From assembly GCA_034226945.1 (NCBI GenBank), contig CP120454.1:186001-250000 (forward strand): 64,000 bases of DNA. The letters are read 5' to 3'. Below the pieces are notes generated by a model, which ran no database searches, had not been told where the DNA came from, and saw only the letters and a list, made by a program, of their open reading frames with translations. Below are positions 41,086 through 50,610 of the stretch, piece after piece; position 1 is the first letter of the stretch, and the number at the start of each line of letters is the position of its first letter. Origin of the DNA: Picochlorum sp. SENEW3 (Eukaryota). The position numbers and the translations under genes are program-made.

Positions 41086-43623
41086 ATGAGGCAGATTGAC
41101 AATGTTCCCACGAACCCAAGGGTCAAGTGTCTTTCCGCGTTTGTCCTTGTTGCTCAAATTATAGCAGCCAGCGGGTCTATGCTTGATATTTCTGCTCATC
41201 ATCAGCGTACAATTCTCGAAAATAAAGCAACTGATTCCAATGAGTGCTTTAAAGACGGATACTTGCAGAATGTTGATGCGGAAGGCAACCTGTTGTTTCG
41301 AATGGTCAAGTTGCCTTCTGCCATTGCTTGTCTGGAGCGAGTCACATTGGATACAGCTATGACGGTGCAAATGGTGACATCCATGAAGGATTTATTCAAC
41401 GCAAACTATGCGTTTTATGACTATGCGAGGGATGCGCCGGATTCGTCTCCACTGAACAATCCCTTGGACTGGGCAATTTATAACGGGTCGAGTGGGGGTC
41501 AGGTTGATTTCAGCAGTGAGTTTGGGAAATTGATTGAACGAGTTGAACGTGATGGTGCAAATCTGTTTACGACATTGGAGATGTGTGATATCATTGCCAA
41601 GGCCAGAGACAGTCACACTGGCAACCCACTGACATTTGTCAACAATGGTGTCTTGGATAGCATTGGCTTGGAGCTTTTGGACATGGGCGAGTTTGACAAA
41701 CTCAAACAAAATAGCTCGATTTCTTTGCCCAAAAGGTATTTAAATCTTGAGGAGGTTGATGGAAGCGTGTCCTTGATACTCTTGTATCCTGCCTCTGGCA
41801 AAAAGGAAGAGATCAAGAGCATTGATGGGGTGGCTGCAGTAGACTTTATGGACACATTGGTATCCAACACGGCATTGCAGCTTGTCAGCTCGTACAAAGC
41901 GAGAGGAGCGCGAATGCAGCAATTTTTAAAGAATGTTAGGGGGATTCCACCGTACTTGTTTCAGGAGTATGTGGCATATGATTTCAGAAACCTGCCAGAA
42001 TGCATGAATGTTGAATTTGCAAGTGGATCAACAACACAATGGTGCTTTGCTTTATTTGTGCCTGGGAAATTGGCGAATCAAACAGTGGAAGATATTATCA
42101 ATAATGCCAATACAATCCCCGAGGACGGTCCCTATGAGATCTTCCAAGAGGCTGTGAATGAGGCTCTAGGCTCTAGGCTCGTGTCAGACTTTCCTCTAGA
42201 GGATCCTGGGCCTACTGACAATCAACCATCGTCGACGGGTTCCCGGCAATCAGAAGAAGAGGTTCCAAATCCTTTGAACTGGAAATATTTCCGTACCACT
42301 GATCAGGAAATCATTGATGACTATGGAGATGATATTCTATTTGCCATCACCAGCGTTGATGATGCCACTGTTCTAAAATTCAATGCATTCAAACTGGATA
42401 ATGTGACAACGATTGCAGAATTCTGCAAGGAATTCTATGATTTTGGAGAACAAATGGGCAGCACGAAATTAATTGTAGATCTCACCGACAATGGAGGGGG
42501 AGCGACAACTCAGGCATATGCAATGACACAGTGCCTCTATCCAACGATTACGTTCAAACAACTCAGTATTCCATATACAAAGAGATTTTCCAAAGTGGTA
42601 CAGCTTAATCAAAATCTTCTGGAAGCGGGTGACGACGTGCTGGACGCCTTGGATACCTTTGATGTCTCAAATGTGCTGAATGCAGACATTAATGCAACAA
42701 TTGAAATGCTGAAAACAGTCCGCCATATCCACAAAGGTCTCGTCGTTTTGTCCACAGGGTATTCGAATCAAATGGAGTACAAAAGAGATGTGACGACCAT
42801 ATCTCTCATGCTTGAAGAAATTATGAGGGAAAGGCACGTGAGGTCGTCCTTTGTACCACTCCTTCTCCAACTGATGAGGAACACATGGCTGGAAACTGTC
42901 CAGACTTCAAACAGTCCAGCGTCATTTGGCTCGGCATCATTTAAAACGGTGATCCAAGGAGGCAAATCAGTTAAGATTGCTACTAACTTTGCTCGCTTAA
43001 ACCCAGAGGACTATGTGACCTTCCAAGCTGCCATGGATGGCAGGACGCCACCATTTCAGTCATATGTTCTCACGGGCAACGGTCTCGGTGGCAGCTCATC
43101 TGCCCTCTTTGAGTTTGGCACCCTGCAGTACTCGTACCTAAATCCCGATGCCACACCTGCAATCTCTGTAAGCTATGGATGCTCAGGAAACAAAGAGACA
43201 TGTCCAATCAATCAATATCAAGGGGGGTCAGTGAGCAAGAGTTCAAACCAAAACATGAAAATGTACTTTGCTGTTGGAAAAGGCCTTGCACTTGGTGACC
43301 TGGTCGCAACATTGTTAAAGATTGACGACAGCAACCCAGAAATCAGTTCGATCGGAGAGGAGTACATCAGCGCACTAAATGAGTATTCATTATCGGTTCC
43401 AACACCACCCATGACGGCAACATCTGCCTACACAGGTTTCCAATTCGCCTTTTTGTCAGCAATGAGCAAGATTGCGGGATATGACAGCATTCCTGCAGAG
43501 TACTTTGATGTACCACCAAAGGAGTATATACCATATTGGCCAGCATGGTATACAGTCGATAATCCCTACGCCACAGATGCTCTTCTTCCAGTCTATAAGG
43601 CCATTGCGAATGGATCCTACTAA
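41086..43623 (+). CDS. Secreted S41 (tail-specific/IRBP-like) peptidase-like protein
   Basis: Hydrophobic N-terminus, ARDSHT, IKSIDG, KLIVDLTDNGGG and putative catalytic LTGNGLGGSSSALF; 845 aa, intronless. Confidence 0.65.
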   Translation: MRQIDNVPTNPRVKCLSAFVLVAQIIAASGSMLDISAHHQRTILENKATDSNECFKDGYLQNVDAEGNLLFRMVKLPSAIACLERVTLDTAMTVQMVTSMKDLFNANYAFYDYARDAPDSSPLNNPLDWAIYNGSSGGQVDFSSEFGKLIERVERDGANLFTTLEMCDIIAKARDSHTGNPLTFVNNGVLDSIGLELLDMGEFDKLKQNSSISLPKRYLNLEEVDGSVSLILLYPASGKKEEIKSIDGVAAVDFMDTLVSNTALQLVSSYKARGARMQQFLKNVRGIPPYLFQEYVAYDFRNLPECMNVEFASGSTTQWCFALFVPGKLANQTVEDIINNANTIPEDGPYEIFQEAVNEALGSRLVSDFPLEDPGPTDNQPSSTGSRQSEEEVPNPLNWKYFRTTDQEIIDDYGDDILFAITSVDDATVLKFNAFKLDNVTTIAEFCKEFYDFGEQMGSTKLIVDLTDNGGGATTQAYAMTQCLYPTITFKQLSIPYTKRFSKVVQLNQNLLEAGDDVLDALDTFDVSNVLNADINATIEMLKTVRHIHKGLVVLSTGYSNQMEYKRDVTTISLMLEEIMRERHVRSSFVPLLLQLMRNTWLETVQTSNSPASFGSASFKTVIQGGKSVKIATNFARLNPEDYVTFQAAMDGRTPPFQSYVLTGNGLGGSSSALFEFGTLQYSYLNPDATPAISVSYGCSGNKETCPINQYQGGSVSKSSNQNMKMYFAVGKGLALGDLVATLLKIDDSNPEISSIGEEYISALNEYSLSVPTPPMTATSAYTGFQFAFLSAMSKIAGYDSIPAEYFDVPPKEYIPYWPAWYTVDNPYATDALLPVYKAIANGSY

Positions 43624-43713
43624 TTAGCAACGCGTCTTTCCTATTACTAGTACTCAGTAAAGTCTAAAATCGAGTCTTTAACACAGATACATCGCACAAT
43701 CTAGCTGTATACT

Positions 43714-44712
43714 ATGGCGAGCACGACAACCTGTGCCCAATTCGAGACGGGACACATGGACACGGTCCACGATGCCCAGTTTGACTATTACGGCAAACAC
43801 GTAGCAACATGTTCCAGTGATAGACTTGTTAAAATTTTCTCAGTCACTGGGAGCCAGGTATGGTGTTTGTAATGGTGTAGCTACAAAATTCATGATGATC
43901 CTGTAGTTGGTTGTTGGTCGATCGTCGACTCTCGAATCACCGCACTCTGAATATGACGTCTTTATATCGTTCAGGTCAATCATATGGCTGATTTAGTTGG
44001 ACACCAGGGCCCTGTGTGGGAAGTATCCTGGTGTCACCCGAGACACGGGTCTCTGTTGGCCAGTTGTGGGTTTGATGGATCCATCATGATATGGCAACAA
44101 AACACCCAGGGAGGGCAGTGGCAGCAAATATATCAGACAGAGTCGAATGATGCGTCTGTGAATAGCATAGCATGGGCACCGTATGAACTAGGGTTGGTAG
44201 TTGCTGGTGCTACAGCAGATGGACGAATCATCATTGTGGAGAATACTGGAGGGACATGGGTGACCAGTACCATTCAGCATGCCCATCCAGTGGGGGCTAC
44301 CGGTGTGAGTTGGGCTCCAGTGACGTCTTCGTATCACGTGAGACGGTTGGCGACGTGTGGGTGTGATTCTACTGTGAAATTGTGGGTGTATGATGAAGCA
44401 AATCAGATGTGGAACCAGGATGGTGCTGCTCTTGTTGGTCATTCTGATTGGGTGAGAAGCGTTGAGTGGGCTCCGTCAGCGGGTCTGAGTGCGACGCCAT
44501 GCTTGGCATCGGCGGGAGAGGATGGTCAGGTGATTGTGTGGAAGCAGAGTGGGCAAGCAGAGTGGCGACAAACAATCGTGCATCGGTTTGGCACTCCAGT
44601 CTGGAAGGCAAGTTGGTCTACCAATGGAAGCATCCTCTCTGTGACTGATGCGCAGCAGCATGTCAGCATGTGGAAGGAAGTATCGAATGGTGTATGGAAA
44701 GAGGTGTATTGA
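43714..44712 (+). CDS. SEC13: COPII/nucleoporin WD40 protein SEC13
   Basis: ETGHMDTVHDAQFDYYGKHVATCSSD, GHQGPVWEVSWCHP, SVNSIAWAP and GHSDWVR; intron 43858-43974. Confidence 0.95.
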
Positions 44713-45060
44713 TTGTGTATTGATATGTTGCTCATGTTATGTAATAGAGGGTAGAATAGAAAAGTGTCAAGAAAAATTGCCACGTGGAGGATTGGTCCAT
44801 CCGAGAATTCGACATTCCAATGTCCTGACAATCTTTTTTTTTTTTTTAATTGTGTGTATTCTTGTGTTGAGGAAAGAATTCTTCATTAGCAGACTACAGC
44901 CACAAAATTGAAACAAAAGAGAAGAGAGAGTGTTCTGGTTTGATTCCAGTGAATTTCCAAGAATACACAAAAAAACCAGAGCTACGACTGCTGCTGTGCT
45001 GGGACGTTCGTTGTAAGAACGACGTGTCTAATCTTTTTGGCAAAAAGATAGACGAGACTC

Positions 45061-45441
45061 ATGGGCTATAGAAGATATACCAGTATAGTAGTGGCGTTGG
45101 TGTTGCTTGTCACATGCCAAGGCGCTCCTTCTGCTGAGCAAGCGCCTGGGCCAGAGCCAGAGAGTGCTTGGTGTGTGGAGAAGCGGGGCATGTGCGCAGC
45201 GGGGTGCCAACAGTTTGGAAAAGAGTTGAGCAGGGTGTCTTTTGAATGTAGTGATTCGATTCGGAGTATGGTGCAAGCATCGACGTGTGTGTGCTTGGGG
45301 GCAGAGGATCGTGTCTTGTCATCGAGTTCAGACTCAAGAGCCACAGGTGTCGGTGGTGCATCCGCGGCGAGTAGTAGTTTTTCATCGTCTGCTTCTTCTT
45401 CTTCTTCGACATCATCAGATAGTAGTGACTTTGTTTTGTAA
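45061..45441 (+). CDS. Small secreted six-cysteine protein with Ser-rich tail
   Basis: Signal peptide; C-x6-C-x3-C-x13-C-x12-C-x-C; TGTAA overlaps the stop codon. Confidence 0.65.
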   Translation: MGYRRYTSIVVALVLLVTCQGAPSAEQAPGPEPESAWCVEKRGMCAAGCQQFGKELSRVSFECSDSIRSMVQASTCVCLGAEDRVLSSSSDSRATGVGGASAASSSFSSSASSSSSTSSDSSDFVL

Positions 45442-45522
45442 AAGGCGTGACACTTGTGAAAAGATTACTAGTACGAATTATTATCATCATCATCACAGTA
45501 CAGTAATCTAGCCAGCAGCAGA

Positions 45523-48500
45523 TTATGCTGCCTCGTCGTATAGACTGTTGAGATCAAAGAGCCTCATTTCCATAATCTTGTTCAACTGGATCTCAGGATC
45601 CCGTATGATTCTGGCATCGTTTGCTTGCTGTGCTCTTGATACCATTGTTCTTGTGGCTTTGATGTATCCTTCTCTATTAATGTCGCAAAATCTCTTCAAA
45701 ATAAAGGCACAGGCATGCTGTCTGACCCTCACGTCTGGATCACGTATCAATGCGTGAAGGTATCCTTTGGTTTCAATTGGATGGTTGTATTGATTCTTCT
45801 CCGTCATCGTATAGGATGCGATGAAGAGAATGAATATAGCCAGCCTTGAATCCCAGAATGGTTTGCCTGCCTGCACAGCAGTCTGTCTGCTAGATGGCTC
45901 AATCATGTGGAATTGCTCGCCACTGAGATTCATCGAATCGAATATGTCTTTGAGGAGAAGTGGATTGACGAGTTCCAGAATTTCTACGGCGCATGAGGCG
46001 ATACCACTGATGAAGCTTTCTACTGGATCAATGGTTTGCTCGAACAAGGATATATTGCTACACATGCGTGTGGCTTCTTTAAGGCGCTCTCGTGCATTCA
46101 TTTCCTTTTGAAGCTGTACTTTTTCTGCTATTGATTTCCATCCACGCATTTGAGGATACATGGACATGGCTGAACACGTTGAATTCTTTCGGTCTGCAAG
46201 CTGGAATGATGCATTCTCGAGGGAAGAAGGTTCCTTGAAAATGCTGTCAGCCCGAGTATGAGCACGGGTGGATTCCATCATAAGTACCCCAGCTGAGAGA
46301 GGTCTTGACCAAGGCTCTTCTTGAGACTCTGCTGATGCAGGTCTTGTTTTTGAATTTGGTGTGGTCAGTCGCCTCCATGCTGCTGCAATCTTGGGTCCAC
46401 CTGGGACAATTTTGCTAAAGGGTGACAATGTCTCTGGCTCGTTGCTCACCGAAGGGCTTGGAATGTGCAGAGATGGTACTGATTGCTCAGCAGTAGCTGT
46501 GCTGTTTTGGTCTTCCTTGGCAATGTCATCGTTGACAGCATCAGCATGGTAATCAGCATCATCATATGTCATCACCTCTGCGCCGTCATGGTCCATGATT
46601 CCCACTGCATTCTGGGCTTTCCTCGCAATGTCTAATTTTCTAATGATGACTGTGGATATGAGACATTCCGAGAGTAATGCAACGGCTGAGCTCCACATGG
46701 GGGCAGAAGAAAACTGTAGGATCCACTCAAATGCTCTCTCAATGGTTGAAATGCACAATCTGTCAATGTCCACTACCCCCGACCCCCATTTTACTTGTAA
46801 TTCATTTGATTCCTCTTCTACAAAATTTCGTGAGGCTCTGAACTTGATAGCACCAACTACCTGTCGAATCGCGAGCGCAAAGTTTGTGAGAACATCATCA
46901 TCGCCCTCAAAACTCTGGTAAGCCGTTCTTTGTAATCTTTTGGTTTTGCTCTTTGCAAATGCCGACATGATTGTGTCTCCAAACGTGAAAAGCTCTTTTG
47001 GAGATTCGGATGGCATGATAGGAACGGGTGGAGGAACGACATTTGTCCTCGTGACCCAGGCTTCCTCAACTGCTCTATCAGAGGAGGACAGCATGAGGCG
47101 TACCATCCAATTCCTACCAATCACTTTACCACGGGCTGTATCGTCAATCATCGAGTTTTCCAAATAATTCCAATGTACAGACGGAGCTTCTCCAAAAATG
47201 CCAGCCACGCACGTGCTCACGACGTGGTTCTCCAAATCAGATGGTATGCCATATGTTCCAGAGGACACAGATTTAAGGGAGGAGATACAGTATTCCACGA
47301 ATGCCAATGGGATTGAATCTTGTGTGTCTTTCACTAAATGTGAGACGATTTCCTTGTGTATCTGATTTGCGATTGATGAATTGATGGCTGCATCAATACT
47401 CATCTCTGGCAGCAGAAGATATTCCCTCAATGATTGAGGAGCACCCATGTGCAACAATGCAAACCCTATGGCTTCTACTTCAAACGTCTCATCGATGGAA
47501 AATTTCCATGTGGCTCCAAATCTATCCTTGTCTCCAGACCGCTTGTGTAGCGTGTAATCTAATAAAACACAGAAGAGAGATTGGCAGCTGATGACTGTTG
47601 GTGCATAGTAATATTCCTTGGCAACATTATGTATTCCACCAAATTCCTCGACTTTATCAAAATCCAGCAAATTTGTCTTCATATCACTTGAATACAAGAG
47701 ATTGGCTAGAACAGTAGCCAACAAGGATTGGATTTTCCTCGGCCAGAATGCATGCCGCGACACAGAAAGCATTCTTTGTAAAGCCTCAATGGGAAACTCT
47801 CTCAGGTATTCCTTCACAAGATATCCATCATGACTGCAAAAACAAATCATGCACGAAAGCACCGAGGCCCATACTTCACTTCCTCCATCATCCTCATCCC
47901 GAACAATAGATGAAAGCACAAATGTCAAGCTGCAAAATAACCTTCGCAACCACTCTCTATATTGCTCTTTCCTTGGATCAACATCCCGTGGTGCTCCACT
48001 CTTGTGCGAGATATCAGGCCATTCTGCAATTTTCATAGCTTCAGGCTGTTTTTTGTTTCCGACAAGGGTCCTAAATGGTGATGCAATGGTCTTATTCCAC
48101 TCATTTTCATCATCATCTGCAAACAAGAGCTCCCCATGTACCATGAGGTTCATCAGAAAGTCAAACACAGCACACTGTGCATCTACATCACTTTTGTGAT
48201 TCAAATGCTTCTGAAGCATATACATCACCAATGGAAACGCTGCCTCTGGTCCATTATCCAGGTACATGTCGATGACAAGCTTTATCAAAATCACAACACC
48301 TGCATCTTTTGCATCCCTCAGCCCCTTGCTATTCTCTCCCTTAGGACTCCCCATCTCTGGACTTGAAATCCCAAATACAGCTTCCATACAAGCTGCTATA
48401 TCCTCATCTGACAGGTGCAGTCGCTCTTGCTCCGCATATGGCTTGTACTGAAAGAGTAAATGCGGCTGTTTGGATGCAATCCCACCATCATCACCATGCA

Positions 48501-48903
48501 AATGCTCAGGTGTGATCCAAGGATTACTCAAAGATGCTATTGATGATTCCAACTGATCAATCATCTCCACCATGTTATGGGACAAGGAATCATCCACTGT
48601 CCTCTCATCTGGACTCCTCCTTCTCCTCCAAGCAGCAGAGCTTGAAGGGAGAAATTCTAGCGCCCTCCACTCACCTTTCCAGTCCACGACTCGAGATCCA
48701 TAGCGCTTAGAGAAGACATTCCATTCCAACGCCCACTCAGGCTTTCCTCTCATCCCCTGGTCAACTCTCCTATGGCTCCCCCTGCGATGACTTGTATGCT
48801 GTATGCTTCCCACATTCAAGCTACTACTCGTTGTGCTCGTGTACGCCCCATCTGATGTATCGTTATGACGACTATATCGTACTGTATCCGCATCTGAATC
48901 CAT
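45523..48903 (-). CDS. Large conserved ARM-like protein (resembles an uncharacterised plant family)
   Basis: ORF of about 1125 aa; VILIKLVIDMY, VFDFLMNLMVHGEL, VWASVLSC and RAQQANDARIIRDP. Recalled as similar to Arabidopsis At3g12590, not verified; start uncertain. Confidence 0.6.
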   Translation of the reverse strand: MDSDADTVRYSRHNDTSDGAYTSTTSSSLNVGSIQHTSHRRGSHRRVDQGMRGKPEWALEWNVFSKRYGSRVVDWKGEWRALEFLPSSSAAWRRRRSPDERTVDDSLSHNMVEMIDQLESSIASLSNPWITPEHLHGDDGGIASKQPHLLFQYKPYAEQERLHLSDEDIAACMEAVFGISSPEMGSPKGENSKGLRDAKDAGVVILIKLVIDMYLDNGPEAAFPLVMYMLQKHLNHKSDVDAQCAVFDFLMNLMVHGELLFADDDENEWNKTIASPFRTLVGNKKQPEAMKIAEWPDISHKSGAPRDVDPRKEQYREWLRRLFCSLTFVLSSIVRDEDDGGSEVWASVLSCMICFCSHDGYLVKEYLREFPIEALQRMLSVSRHAFWPRKIQSLLATVLANLLYSSDMKTNLLDFDKVEEFGGIHNVAKEYYYAPTVISCQSLFCVLLDYTLHKRSGDKDRFGATWKFSIDETFEVEAIGFALLHMGAPQSLREYLLLPEMSIDAAINSSIANQIHKEIVSHLVKDTQDSIPLAFVEYCISSLKSVSSGTYGIPSDLENHVVSTCVAGIFGEAPSVHWNYLENSMIDDTARGKVIGRNWMVRLMLSSSDRAVEEAWVTRTNVVPPPVPIMPSESPKELFTFGDTIMSAFAKSKTKRLQRTAYQSFEGDDDVLTNFALAIRQVVGAIKFRASRNFVEEESNELQVKWGSGVVDIDRLCISTIERAFEWILQFSSAPMWSSAVALLSECLISTVIIRKLDIARKAQNAVGIMDHDGAEVMTYDDADYHADAVNDDIAKEDQNSTATAEQSVPSLHIPSPSVSNEPETLSPFSKIVPGGPKIAAAWRRLTTPNSKTRPASAESQEEPWSRPLSAGVLMMESTRAHTRADSIFKEPSSLENASFQLADRKNSTCSAMSMYPQMRGWKSIAEKVQLQKEMNARERLKEATRMCSNISLFEQTIDPVESFISGIASCAVEILELVNPLLLKDIFDSMNLSGEQFHMIEPSSRQTAVQAGKPFWDSRLAIFILFIASYTMTEKNQYNHPIETKGYLHALIRDPDVRVRQHACAFILKRFCDINREGYIKATRTMVSRAQQANDARIIRDPEIQLNKIMEMRLFDLNSLYDEAA

Positions 48904-49460
48904 GCTTGACAGCACAACGTCTCCCAGTTACACAACAACAAACCAAACTCCCTTGCCTGAAACTTCTCCAGCACAGTATTGTCGCTAGTATCCTATACTT
49001 GACTAAGCTTGACTACTAGATATATAAAACAATTCTAACCCTTCAAGAATCGTATCACAGGGATGAAGAACGCCACGAATCAAATCAAAGTGTTTTTCTT
49101 TTTCGGTTCCAACAGAATTACACGGAGACCGTGCTTTTCTCCACCCACATGCATCTGAAATGCAAGAATATTACTCTCATATACGTATCCCTATTAGCGT
49201 AAGACTACCTGCGACATTTTAATATGACAACGGAGACCTCCGGGAGTCTTGCTTTGGCACGCTGTGTCCGGTATTTAAATATCGAAACACGGAGAACCCT
49301 CAACAAAAAGACGACCCTCATGTGCCAGGAATAGATGTCATTCACCTAGTCAACGCATTTCAGAGTATTTCATACATCTATTTCATACAATGTGTCATAA
49401 AAAAGGACTAATCGTCGTAAAATACTCGTGTTGACACAGGCAGACTGAGTTCCACCACAC

Positions 49461-50600
49461 ATGTTGTCAACGTCTTCTGCTGCCAAAGCATTCGGCATTT
49501 TACCAGCATATCCATCTCAATATTTGTATAGAACTCCTCTGAGGACATATAGAGCAGTGCATCGTGCGATTCATAGGGGAGCAGGGAGGCATATGGCTGT
49601 TGCAGATGCCAGGGAGGGTTCCTCTGAGAAGCTCTTCTCCTTTGGAATCATTAGCGATGTTCAGTGGGCTCCGATACCTGATGGTCATAGTTTTCATGGG
49701 ACGCCACGATACTATGCAGATGCCTTGGAAAAGGCAAAAAAAGCGGTAGAGGGATTTAAGGCACACGATGTTGAGCTTGTTGTGCATCTCGGAGACATTG
49801 TGGATTTCCATGCCAAACAGCACGGTAAGAGCGATCAAGCTTTGGCAGACATTGTCGAATGTTTTGATGGATTAGAAAAGCCTGTGTTGCATTGCATTGG
49901 TAATCATTGTTTGTACAATCACCCAAGGCACGTTTTGAATGACCGGCTGGGTATTGATATGCACAAGGGGGACTCGAACGCAAGTCACAGTTACTTTACA
50001 TTTCGTCCACCTGGACACAAGCATGCCTTCATTGTACTTGATGGATATGATATTTCTATCCTTGGATACCCTCCTGGTCATCCACACCATGAATTAGCGA
50101 AATCAATCCTTGATAAGGAAAATCCAAACGAAGAGAAGAATTCAAACAAGGGACTGGAAGGTGTTGCACGCCGCTTTGTCAAGTTTGGTGGTGGATTGTC
50201 TGACGAGCAAGTAGAATGGTTACGCCAAGAATTACATGCGTGTAGGGAGAGAGGAGAAACTGTGATTGTTTGCTGTCATCAATGTATTCACCCAAAGAGT
50301 TGTGTGCCGACGTGCTTGTTGTACAATTATGATGTCGTCCTCAGTGTCTTGCAAGAAAATGCTGATGTCGTGCATGCAACATTTGCGGGGCATGCACATT
50401 CAGCTGGGTATCATTGCGATGAATTTGGCATTCATCATAGGGTATGCGAAGCAGTGTTAGAAACAAAACCTGGACAGGATTGTTATGGTATTGCATCCGT
50501 GTACGCCGACGGGATGGATATCCAAGGTTTTGGAAATTTCATCTCAGATTCCTATCGACAGTCCAGTGTTGCTGAAGCAGCTACTGCAGCGATTGAATAA
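49461..50600 (+). CDS. ADPRM: Mn-dependent ADP-ribose/CDP-alcohol diphosphatase
   Basis: FSFGIISDVQW, RYY, HLGDIVD, GNHCLYN, LDGYDIS and AGHAH metallophosphoesterase motifs. Confidence 0.9.
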   Translation: MLSTSSAAKAFGILPAYPSQYLYRTPLRTYRAVHRAIHRGAGRHMAVADAREGSSEKLFSFGIISDVQWAPIPDGHSFHGTPRYYADALEKAKKAVEGFKAHDVELVVHLGDIVDFHAKQHGKSDQALADIVECFDGLEKPVLHCIGNHCLYNHPRHVLNDRLGIDMHKGDSNASHSYFTFRPPGHKHAFIVLDGYDISILGYPPGHPHHELAKSILDKENPNEEKNSNKGLEGVARRFVKFGGGLSDEQVEWLRQELHACRERGETVIVCCHQCIHPKSCVPTCLLYNYDVVLSVLQENADVVHATFAGHAHSAGYHCDEFGIHHRVCEAVLETKPGQDCYGIASVYADGMDIQGFGNFISDSYRQSSVAEAATAAIE

Positions 50601-50610
50601 CAATAAAGTA

